Source: an uncultured Kofleriaceae bacterium
Lineage (GTDB): Bacteria; Myxococcota_A; Polyangia; Haliangiales; Haliangiaceae
Length of the DNA stretch: 64,000 bases
Direction: 5' to 3'
Assembly (NCBI GenBank): GCA_964446175.1
Contig: CAYUNM010000034.1
Location: 15,115 to 79,114, forward strand
The position numbers were made by a program, and so were the translations under genes. The number at the start of each line of letters is the position of its first letter. Position 1 is the stretch's first letter. This document shows positions 29,756-37,873 of the stretch, in pieces. The notes under the pieces are model-generated. The model did no database searches and was not told where the DNA came from. It saw only the letters and a program-made list of their open reading frames with translations.

Positions 29756-31522
29756 CTATCGCACGCTGAGGCGGCCGGCGGGCAGCAGCTGACCGAGGTG
29801 CCACGCCTGGATCCGCACCTCGTGACGGAGCTTGCGCGTGATCTTGTTCGCCTGTGCGGCGAACAGCGCCACCGATGTGAGCACGATCAGGTGCCCGAGC
29901 ACGAGCGCGTACGGATCGGCGGGACTCGCACCCTCGAGCAGCCGCGAGATCGACATGATGCCCTCCGCACCGACGAAGTACGTCGGCGCGAAGATGTGCG
30001 CCGCCTCGAGCAGCACCGGCGCGAGCAGCAAGAGCCACACCCAGCCGATCAGGATCGTGCGTCGCTTCTCGAGCCACGGGTTCGCCGAGATCGCGAACGA
30101 GGCGCCGACGATCACGATCGGCGTCAGGATCCACGGCCCGAGCACGCGCGAGAACGCGAGCGACAGCACGAGCGTGCCGAGCATGTTCGCGACGACCGAC
30201 GTGCGCCCCGCCTTGTACAGCGCCCAGAACGTGGTCATCACGACCGTCAGCGCGCCGTAGAACGTCGCGACCTCGCCCCAGCTGCGAACGCCGATGAACG
30301 GCGCGAACGCGAGCAGCGGGAACATGAACGCCATCGAGATCGCGGCGAACCGCAGGCGCAGCACGCCGAATGCGCGGTCCTCGGCGTCGAGCGTCTGCGC
30401 GAGCTCCGCGGGCAGCGCGGGCGGCGGCTCGACGATGAGCCCGGTGACGAGCCGCGCCGCCTCCGCCGACGCCGGATCGAGCGCGAGCGCCTGCCCGGCC
30501 GCCTGCATCGCTTCTCCGCGCCGCTCCGGGTCATTCGCCGCGATCGCGCGGCGCGCGGCCTCGAGGTACTCGGTGGCGAGCTCGCGGCGTCGCTCGACAT
30601 CGCGATCGCCGTCGAGATAGCGCTGCACGCGGTCGGCGAGCTCGCGCGCGGTCGGGCGCGCCGCCGGATCCTCGGCGAGCGCCGCGCTGCACGCCGTATC
30701 GAGCTCGGGTGGCACGTCGCTGCGTCGCTGCGCCGGTGCCTGCTGCGGCGCCGAGAGCGTCGTCGCGAGGCCGGCCGTGCCGCGCGGGTGCAGCGGCTCG
30801 CGCGCGAGGATCTCGAACAGGATCGCGCCGAGCGCGTACACGTCGCTCGCCGCCTGCACGTCCTGCCCGCGCACCTGCTCCGGTGACATGTAGCCGGGCG
30901 TGCCGAGCAGGTCGCCGGTCTTCGTGCCCTCCTCGAGCGAGTCGATGTCCTCGCTGCCCGTCGGTGCGCGGACCTTCTCGTCGACGACGCGCGCCACGCC
31001 CCAGTCGAGCACGTACACCTCGCCGTAGTCGCCGACCATGATGTTCGACGGCTTCAGGTCGCGGTGCACCACGCCGCGCGCGTGCGCGAACTCGATCGCG
31101 AGGCAGACGCCGATGAACGGGCGCAAGAGCGGCTGCAGCGGCGCGGCCTGCGTCAGCTGGTCGGCGAGCGTCGTGCCGGCGAGCCGCTTCATCGTGAAGT
31201 ACGGGCGCCCGGCGTCGTCGACGCCGAGCTCGTGCACGGGCACGATCGCCGGGTGATCGAGGCGCGCCTGGATGCGTGCCTCGCGCAGGAAGCGGCGGAT
31301 CGCGTTCGCCGAGGGCTGCTGCTCCTTCATCCGCTTGATCGCGACCGGCCGGCCGATGCGCTTGTCCTCGGCGCCGACCACCTCGCCCATGCCACCGCGG
31401 CCGATCACGTCGCCGACGAGGTAGCCCGCGTCCGGCAGCACGACCCGCGCCGCGCCACCGCGCTCTTCGACGAAGGTGTCCCCCGGCTCCGTCGTGGCGA
31501 AGCCCCTCGCGTCTGTGGTCAT
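29756..31522 (-). CDS. Ser/Thr protein kinase with a C-terminal polytopic membrane domain
   Basis: GRGGMGEVV, VAIKRMK, HRDLKPSN, DWG (a DFG variant), GTPGYMSPEQ, then about 6 hydrophobic helices. ATG at 31522 chosen because the upstream extension overlaps the thioredoxin gene. Confidence 0.88.
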   Translation of the reverse strand: MTTDARGFATTEPGDTFVEERGGAARVVLPDAGYLVGDVIGRGGMGEVVGAEDKRIGRPVAIKRMKEQQPSANAIRRFLREARIQARLDHPAIVPVHELGVDDAGRPYFTMKRLAGTTLADQLTQAAPLQPLLRPFIGVCLAIEFAHARGVVHRDLKPSNIMVGDYGEVYVLDWGVARVVDEKVRAPTGSEDIDSLEEGTKTGDLLGTPGYMSPEQVRGQDVQAASDVYALGAILFEILAREPLHPRGTAGLATTLSAPQQAPAQRRSDVPPELDTACSAALAEDPAARPTARELADRVQRYLDGDRDVERRRELATEYLEAARRAIAANDPERRGEAMQAAGQALALDPASAEAARLVTGLIVEPPPALPAELAQTLDAEDRAFGVLRLRFAAISMAFMFPLLAFAPFIGVRSWGEVATFYGALTVVMTTFWALYKAGRTSVVANMLGTLVLSLAFSRVLGPWILTPIVIVGASFAISANPWLEKRRTILIGWVWLLLLAPVLLEAAHIFAPTYFVGAEGIMSISRLLEGASPADPYALVLGHLIVLTSVALFAAQANKITRKLRHEVRIQAWHLGQLLPAGRLSVR

Positions 31523-31535
31523 CACCACCAGTCTA

Positions 31536-31940
31536 TTACGGTTCCGCGAGCAGCTGGCGGGCGAGCTCGGGGGCGCGCAGACAATCGCCCCCGACGAGCT
31601 CGTAGCGGAGCCGCTTCTTGCGATCGTAGATCTTGAAGTGCGGCAGGGCGCTGATGTCGTAGGCCTTCGCCACCGGTGTGAACCCATCGCCGACATCGAC
31701 CTTGCGTACGACCACGTACGGTTCGTTCGCGGTCTGCACGGCCAGCACGCCCGCGGCCGTCGTGCACGCGCCGCACGACTCGCTCCAGAAGTCGATCACG
31801 GTCACGCTGCCCGGCACGAGCGCGGCCGCGATGTCGACCATCGCGCCGGCGTGGTTGATCTCGAGCGACTTCGGCGCCACGGGAGGCGGAGGCGCAGCGG
31901 TCGCACCGCACGCCGCGAGCACGAGAACGAGCGCTTTCAC
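31536..31940 (-). CDS. Thioredoxin-fold lipoprotein (CxxC = CGAC)
   Basis: Lipobox VLVLAAC, then IDFWSESCGACTT and a thioredoxin-like continuation. GTG start overlaps the Hsp70 stop. Confidence 0.75.
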   Translation of the reverse strand: MKALVLVLAACGATAAPPPPVAPKSLEINHAGAMVDIAAALVPGSVTVIDFWSESCGACTTAAGVLAVQTANEPYVVVRKVDVGDGFTPVAKAYDISALPHFKIYDRKKRLRYELVGGDCLRAPELARQLLAEP

Positions 31941-33499
31941 GAGGCCTCGAGCTGCTTCGCGAGGCGCGTGACCTCACCGCGCGCGAGGCCGGCGTGGAAC
32001 ACCTGCTCGAGCGTCAGCCGCTCGCCGGAGACCATCTCGGTCGCGCCGAGGCGAACGACCCCATCCGTATCGATCGTCACCTCGACGAGGCACAGCACGT
32101 CGCCCGCCGGCGCGGGCGGCAGGTCGACGACCGCGTAGCGCCCGAGGTGCCGGTTCTGCGACGGATCCTGCGACTCGCCTTCCCACACGTCGAACTCGAG
32201 GCGCGCCTGCTCGTCGGTGCGCGTCGCGAGCAGGCGGTGCTCGCGCGTCGGCACGACCGCGCTCTGCGCGATCACCATCTCGCACTCGCCCTGCTGCACG
32301 CTCATCGAGAGGCCGCGCGCCGTGACGTCGATCAGCAGCACGCCCTCGATCGTGCCGTCGAGCCGCGCGACCTCGAGCGCCGCGCCGACCGCGACGACCT
32401 CCTCGGGGTTCGCGATCACGCTCGGCTCGCGGCCCGTGATCCGCGCCAGCTCCTTCTTCACGGCCGGCATGCGCGTGCTGCCGCCGACGAGCAGCACCTC
32501 CTCGATCTCCTCGCGCTTGCGGCCGCACCGGCGCAGCGCCTCCTTCACGGGCGGCTCGAGGCGCTTGACGAGCGGCGACGCCCACAGCTCGAGCTCGTCG
32601 CGCCGCACCGGGCGGGCGTAGTCGACGAGCTTGCCGCTCGGCAGCTCCGCGAGGCCTGCCACCGTGACCGTCGCGCTGCCGTGATCCGACAGCTCGTGCT
32701 TCGCGCGCTGCGCGGCGAGCCGCAGCTTCTCGATCGCGAACGCATCGGTCGAGACGTCGATGCCGCGCGTCTGCCGCACGTCGCGCACGAGGTGCTCGAC
32801 GATCGCGCGATCGACGTCGTCGCCGCCGAGGAACGGATCGCCGGTCGTCGCGAGCACCTCGAAGACGCCGGCCTCGACGTCGACGGCCGCGACGTCGAAC
32901 GTGCCGCCGCCGAGATCGCACACGAGGTAGCGACGATCCGCGCCGCGATGCGCGCCGTGGCCGAGCGCGGCCGCCGTCGGCTCGCTGATGAGCCGGATCA
33001 CCTGCAGCCCCGCGATCGCGGCCGCGTCTTTCGTCGCCTGGCGCTGCGCGGCGTCGTACCACGCGGGGATCGTGATCACCGCGCTCGTCACGGGAGCCTT
33101 GTAGAACCGCTCCGCCGTGCGCTTGAGCTCGCGGAGGATCAGCGCCGAGACCTCCTCGGGCGAGACGGCGCGGCCGTGCGCGAGCTGGATCCACGTGTCG
33201 CCGTTCGGCGCCTCGGTGATCTCGTACGGCAGGATGCGCGCGAGCTTCTTGATCTCGGGATGATCGAAGCGACGGCCGAGCAAACGCTTCGCGCCGAAGA
33301 TCGTCAGGTCCGGCGAGTGATCGAGCCCCTCGCGCGCCGCCTCGCCGACGACCGGCCCGTGTGGCGAGAACCACACGAGCGACGGCAGCGTCGTCGAGCC
33401 TTCCGCGGTCGTCAGGATGCGCGGCACGCCGTCGCGATCGATGACCGCGACGACCGAGTTCGTCGTGCCGAGATCGATGCCGACCGCGCGCGCGCTCAT
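31937..33499 (-). CDS. Hsp70 family ATPase, short form lacking the C-terminal lid (520 aa)
   Basis: VGIDLGTTNSVVAV, DLGGGTFDV, LVGGSTRMPAVK. Substrate-binding beta domain is present, the helical lid is absent. ATG at 33499. Confidence 0.88.
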   Translation of the reverse strand: MSARAVGIDLGTTNSVVAVIDRDGVPRILTTAEGSTTLPSLVWFSPHGPVVGEAAREGLDHSPDLTIFGAKRLLGRRFDHPEIKKLARILPYEITEAPNGDTWIQLAHGRAVSPEEVSALILRELKRTAERFYKAPVTSAVITIPAWYDAAQRQATKDAAAIAGLQVIRLISEPTAAALGHGAHRGADRRYLVCDLGGGTFDVAAVDVEAGVFEVLATTGDPFLGGDDVDRAIVEHLVRDVRQTRGIDVSTDAFAIEKLRLAAQRAKHELSDHGSATVTVAGLAELPSGKLVDYARPVRRDELELWASPLVKRLEPPVKEALRRCGRKREEIEEVLLVGGSTRMPAVKKELARITGREPSVIANPEEVVAVGAALEVARLDGTIEGVLLIDVTARGLSMSVQQGECEMVIAQSAVVPTREHRLLATRTDEQARLEFDVWEGESQDPSQNRHLGRYAVVDLPPAPAGDVLCLVEVTIDTDGVVRLGATEMVSGERLTLEQVFHAGLARGEVTRLAKQLEAS

Positions 33500-33575
33500 C
33501 GCGGGTCCTCGCTCCGCTCGGCCCGCGACGCAAGCCCACCCATCCCCAACACCCCGCAAGCTTCGCTTGCTCTCC
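33500..33575 (-). promoter_or_regulatory. 76-nt structured intercistronic element, copy A (between the J-domain gene stop and the Hsp70 start)
   Basis: Sense strand reads GGAGAGCAAGCGAAGCTTGCGGGGTGTTGGGGATGGGTGGGCTTGCGTCGCGGGCCGAGCGGAGCGAGGACCCGCG, flanked by TGA and ATG. About 88% identical to the copies at 39637 and 42560. Confidence 0.8.
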
Positions 33576-34694
33576 TCATTCGAACACCCGCTTCAGCCGC
33601 TCCGGGCTGCCCGCACCATGGCGGCGCACGTGCTCGAGCAGCCGCGACGCCTCGATGCAGTGCTCGTGGTGCGCGAGCGCGGTCTCGAGCTGCGTCGTCG
33701 CGAGCACGAGCTCGCCTTCCTGCAGCGCGGCGAGCGCCGTCGCGACGTAGTACAGCGAGCGCAGCGGCTTGCTGCGCGGATAGATCACGAGCGCGGCCGC
33801 GAGCACCTCGCGCGCCGCATTCGCGTCGCCCGTCCTGAGCTGCGCGCGCGCACGATGCTCGAAGGCCTCCGCACCCTGCGGCGGCGCGGCCGGCGGCGGC
33901 TGCGGCGCGACCGGCTGCGGCGTGGGCGGACGCTCGAAGCGGCGCGGCGCGGTCTTCGGCACCGGCGTCGCATCGCCGCTCTGGATGTCCTCGAAGCCGA
34001 CGAGCCAGCCCGGCGGCGTCGCGATCAGCGAGCCCGCCTTGATGCCCTCGCCCTTCGCCATCAGCGCGATGCGCAGCCGGTCGTACGCGCGGTTGCCGAG
34101 GATCGTCAGCTCCTCCGCGAGGTGCGTGATCGCGGGCGCACCCCGCCGCGCGACGAGATCCGGATGATGCCGCCGGATGTGCGCCTTCCAGCCGTCGCGC
34201 AGCTGCTCGGGCGTCGGATCGCGCGGCACGCCGAGCACCTCGTGCACGGCCGCGGTGCGCATGCGGCGCAGCTCGCTCGACAGCTGCTGGAACAGCGCGC
34301 GCTCGTCGGCCGGCAGCTCGTCGCCGCCCATCGCGCTCGACTTGCGCGTCGGCGCGGCGGGCACGGGAATCTGCGGATCCGTCTCGACGTCGTCGTTGCC
34401 GCGCGCGGCGAGGTTCTTGATCCGCGCCAGCGTCTCCTCGGTGAGCCCGGTGAGATCGACCTCGATCCACATGCGCTGCGCGTCGCCCTCGACCGGCGAG
34501 GCCCGCTGGATGACGCCGTCGATCGCGATCACCATCTCGTTCGGCAGCTCGAGCCCGAGCGTCACCGGCGAGCCGAGCTTGGCCTGGAACGGCACCTTCA
34601 TCGACAGCAGGCGTCCCTTGCGCAGCTTGCGCTTCGTGAACGTCTCGACCTGCTCCCAGGTCGCGCATCGCACGTGCAGCGTGCGTGCGGCCAC
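33576..34694 (-). CDS. PilZ-like beta-barrel / J-domain (HPD) / TPR-like co-chaperone
   Basis: The N-terminal about 95 aa resemble the myxobacterial PilZ-type domain (canonical RxxxR and DxSxxG motifs not evident). J domain VHEVLGVPRDPTPEQLRDGWKAHIRRHHPD. Helical-repeat C-terminus. GTG start abuts the upstream stop (TAGGTG). Confidence 0.7.
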   Translation of the reverse strand: MAARTLHVRCATWEQVETFTKRKLRKGRLLSMKVPFQAKLGSPVTLGLELPNEMVIAIDGVIQRASPVEGDAQRMWIEVDLTGLTEETLARIKNLAARGNDDVETDPQIPVPAAPTRKSSAMGGDELPADERALFQQLSSELRRMRTAAVHEVLGVPRDPTPEQLRDGWKAHIRRHHPDLVARRGAPAITHLAEELTILGNRAYDRLRIALMAKGEGIKAGSLIATPPGWLVGFEDIQSGDATPVPKTAPRRFERPPTPQPVAPQPPPAAPPQGAEAFEHRARAQLRTGDANAAREVLAAALVIYPRSKPLRSLYYVATALAALQEGELVLATTQLETALAHHEHCIEASRLLEHVRRHGAGSPERLKRVFE

Positions 34695-36947
34695 CTACTT
34701 CCCCTTCTTCGCGTTCGGGTCGGGCTGCAGCTCGACCTTCTTCTCGAGGACGGCCTTCTTCTTCGCGGAGTCGATCGGCGTCGACGGATCGTTGTCGCGC
34801 CAGTCATTCTCCTTGAACTCGACGATCTCGGTCTTGAAGCCGGGCTTCACGACGGCGGCCGTGTAGTCGCGGCCCGCCCACAGGTTCTCGAAGTGCGCGT
34901 GGTTCGCGCCGATGAACAGCCACACGTCGGCATCGGCCGGCGACGAGTCGATGTGGACCTTGCCCGAGCCGACGATGCCCGTCGTGCCGAGCACGGCGCT
35001 CGTCGGCTGCAGCGGCAGCTCCGCCGGCTTGCCGGCCTTGCCGGGCTTGAGCGTGACGCTGAGCTTCGCGGCGAGCGACTTGCCGCTGCCGGTCCAGGTC
35101 GTGCCGTTGATCTGCGCCTCGGTCGGCTCGAAGCCGTCCTTGAGCAGCACGAGGTCGTGCTGCTGCGTCGCGGGCAGCGCGATCGGCACGTCGACGGGCG
35201 TCTTGCCGAGCTTGAGCCAGATGCCGGCCGCATCGGCGGTGATGTCGATCGCGCCCGGATCGGGCAGCGCTTCCTGCGCGGCCTTCGTCTTGTTCGCGGC
35301 CTCCTGCTCGGCACGCTCCTTCGCTTCCTTCGCGGCCTGCGCCTGCGCGTCGTCGGCGTGCAAGCGGTAGTAGATGCCGTAGCCGGCAGCGCCGAGGACG
35401 CCGAGGATCAGGATCGTGCCGATCACGCCGCGCAGCGGGCTCTTCAGCTTCGGCGCCGCGAGGTCCGTCATCTCGGGCATGTCGACGATCGGCGCCGCGC
35501 GCGGTGGAGTGCGCTTCGCGGGATTGCCGGTCTCGGCGCGCACGGCGGCGCGTTCGGCGCGCGCGGCGGCCTCCTCGAGCTTCGCGGCAGCCGCAGCCGC
35601 CTGCTCCGCGGCCGTCGAGACGCGCTTCGCGCCCTCGTCGAGCGAATCGATCGCGGCGAGTGCGGCCGCCTCATCGGTCGTGCCGCCGCGCATGCCGTTC
35701 GGGCTCGAGATGCGGCTCGGCGCGCGCAGCGGGAGCTCGCTCGACGACTCGCGGTGCGGCGACGGCGGCGGCAGCGGCGTCATGTCGTCGTCGGGATCGT
35801 CGAGCGACGGCACGCGTGCGCGCGACACGATCGCCTCGCGCTCGCGCGGGTCGTGCCGGATCAGCTCGCTGACCGGATCGCGCCGGAACGCCGACGGCGG
35901 CTCGGGATCGATGTGCGTCATCCCGGTGTCGTCGAGATCGTTGAGCAGCGAGCCGAGCCGGTCCGAGCCCGGGCGCGCCTTCTGGATCTTCTGCGCCTCG
36001 GCGCGCAGATCGAGGCTCGGCCGCGTGACCTGGATCGGACCGCCGCCGCCGAGCGACGCGAGCAGATCTTCGGTCGCGTCGTCGATGTTCGTGTCGCTGT
36101 GCGACAACCCCGCCTCGCGGATGAGCTCGCCACGATCCGCGAGCTCCCAGCGATCGTCCTCCATCGCCTCGAGCAGGTTCTCGAGCAGATCGCTGGCCGA
36201 CTTGTAGCGGCGCGACGTGTCGGTATCGAGCGCGCGCTGGACGAGCCGCTCGACGGCAGGCGTGACGCGCAGCGAGCCGGGCGGCACCTCGCCCGAGAGC
36301 ATCGTGAACAGCATCGCGCCGACGGCGAACACGTCGACGGCGGGCGTCGGATCCTCGCCGACGACGAGCTCGGGCGCGATGTAGCCGGTCAGCCCGCGCC
36401 ACAAGGACGAGTCCGCGCCCTGCGCGACCGCCTTCGTCAGCGCGTGGCCGACGATGAAGTCGGTCAGCCGCACGCCGCCGTCTTCGTCGATCAGCACGCT
36501 GCGCGGGTGCACGGCGCCGTGGATCACGCCCGCCTCGTGCGCGGCGGCGAGCGCCTCGATCACGCTGCGGCCGATCAGGCCCGCGATCGGCGTCGACAGC
36601 TTGCCGCCCTGCTTCGACTTCGCCTTGGCGGCCGTGATCAGGTCCTGCACGGTGACGTACCGCCCGACGCCGCGCGTGACGACGACGACATCGGGCCCGC
36701 CCGACTCGACGCCGACCGTCGGCACGATGTTCGGGTGCTCGAGCTTGGTCACCGTCGTGATCGTCTTCGCGTCGGTCAACGCGATGCGAAACGTGTCGTC
36801 TTCGAGGATCTTTGGATCGACGATCAGACCACGCAGGTTGCGCTGCCCCATGAACTGCGCGCGGTGAATCGCGCCATACATGGTGACGGCCAACCGCTCG
36901 CTGAGGACAACGCCGGCGATGATCTGCTCGGCCGCTTGGCCACCCAC
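34695..36947 (-). CDS. Membrane-spanning Ser/Thr pseudokinase with extracytoplasmic PEGA domains (start at GTG 36947 or ATG 36881)
   Basis: Kinase fold retained (LEHPNIV, YIAPE, RY.SA.DLL) but the Gly loop is absent, HRDLKPxN is replaced by HGAVHPRSV, and DFG by TDF. Then a TM helix (VIGTILILGVLGAAGYGIYY) and two PEGA-like modules. Confidence 0.75.
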   Translation of the reverse strand: MGGQAAEQIIAGVVLSERLAVTMYGAIHRAQFMGQRNLRGLIVDPKILEDDTFRIALTDAKTITTVTKLEHPNIVPTVGVESGGPDVVVVTRGVGRYVTVQDLITAAKAKSKQGGKLSTPIAGLIGRSVIEALAAAHEAGVIHGAVHPRSVLIDEDGGVRLTDFIVGHALTKAVAQGADSSLWRGLTGYIAPELVVGEDPTPAVDVFAVGAMLFTMLSGEVPPGSLRVTPAVERLVQRALDTDTSRRYKSASDLLENLLEAMEDDRWELADRGELIREAGLSHSDTNIDDATEDLLASLGGGGPIQVTRPSLDLRAEAQKIQKARPGSDRLGSLLNDLDDTGMTHIDPEPPSAFRRDPVSELIRHDPREREAIVSRARVPSLDDPDDDMTPLPPPSPHRESSSELPLRAPSRISSPNGMRGGTTDEAAALAAIDSLDEGAKRVSTAAEQAAAAAAKLEEAAARAERAAVRAETGNPAKRTPPRAAPIVDMPEMTDLAAPKLKSPLRGVIGTILILGVLGAAGYGIYYRLHADDAQAQAAKEAKERAEQEAANKTKAAQEALPDPGAIDITADAAGIWLKLGKTPVDVPIALPATQQHDLVLLKDGFEPTEAQINGTTWTGSGKSLAAKLSVTLKPGKAGKPAELPLQPTSAVLGTTGIVGSGKVHIDSSPADADVWLFIGANHAHFENLWAGRDYTAAVVKPGFKTEIVEFKENDWRDNDPSTPIDSAKKKAVLEKKVELQPDPNAKKGK

Positions 36948-36967
36948 GGAAGCGAAGATACCACGGC

Positions 36968-37819
36968 TCAGTAAGCAGTTAGCCGCATGTGGACCTCGAT
37001 CCACGGCTCGGCGAACAGGTAAAAGACCGCCGCCGCCGCGAGGTACGGCCCGAACGCGAGCTCGCTCGTCATCGAGCCCTCGCCCCGGCGCAAAAGCCGC
37101 ATGGTCTCGATGACGGTCCCGAGCATCGAGCCGCCGAACAGGGTCGCGAGCACGCCCTTCCACCCGAGCAGCGCGCCGACGAGCGCGAGCAGCTTCGCGT
37201 CGCCGAGCCCGAGGCCCTCGCGCTTGCGGATGCGGAAGTAGAGCTCGCCGATCAGCCACGGCAGCCCGTAGCCGATCGCGATCCCGACGAGGCCGTCGTA
37301 CCAGCGCCGCTCCGGCAGCAGGAACGTTGCCGCGTAGAAGATCGCGACCGATGGATACGTGACCTTGTCGAGGATGTACTTCGTGTCGAGGTCGATGAAC
37401 GTGATCACGATCATCACGAACACGAACGCCGCCATGATCACGAACCGGATCACGCGCAGCTGCATCGGCTCGAGCATCCCGGCCGGCCCGATGGTGAACC
37501 ACCACGCCACGCCGAACAGCGCGCCCGTGATCGCCTCGACGAGCAGGTAGCGCGCGGAGAACGGCGCCTTGCAGTTGCGGCACTTCCCGCGCAGCCACAG
37601 CCACGAGATCAGCGGGACGTTGTCGTACCACTTGATCGGCGCCTTGCAGGCGAAGCAGTGCGAGCCCGGCGCGACGACGGAGCGGCCCTTGGGAAACTCG
37701 TCGCTCGGCGCCCAGCGATAGATGCAGACGTTCGCGAAGCTGCCCCAGAGCAGGCCGAGGACGACGGCAAATGCATAGGCACCGGGCGTATCGGCCAGCG
37801 GCTCGAGCTCGGTGAGCAC
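36968..37819 (-). CDS. pilD: Prepilin peptidase (A24 family, PilD/GspO-type)
   Basis: Zn-finger-like CFACKAPIKWYDNVPLISWLWLRGKCRNCK, catalytic Asp contexts FIDLDTKY and GLGDAKLLA. Start inferred at GTG 37819. Confidence 0.85.
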   Translation of the reverse strand: MLTELEPLADTPGAYAFAVVLGLLWGSFANVCIYRWAPSDEFPKGRSVVAPGSHCFACKAPIKWYDNVPLISWLWLRGKCRNCKAPFSARYLLVEAITGALFGVAWWFTIGPAGMLEPMQLRVIRFVIMAAFVFVMIVITFIDLDTKYILDKVTYPSVAIFYAATFLLPERRWYDGLVGIAIGYGLPWLIGELYFRIRKREGLGLGDAKLLALVGALLGWKGVLATLFGGSMLGTVIETMRLLRRGEGSMTSELAFGPYLAAAAVFYLFAEPWIEVHMRLTAY

Positions 37820-37873
37820 GATGCAATTGTGCCGTGGTTGACCCGGCTCGTCGAGAAAGCTAAGACCTCCGGG

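Noticed and set aside
33576-33860. Considered calling the PilZ-like domain protein a bona fide c-di-GMP receptor.
   Set aside because: The diagnostic RxxxR and (D/N)xSxxG motifs are not visible in the N-terminal domain, so only a PilZ-like fold is claimed, not ligand binding.
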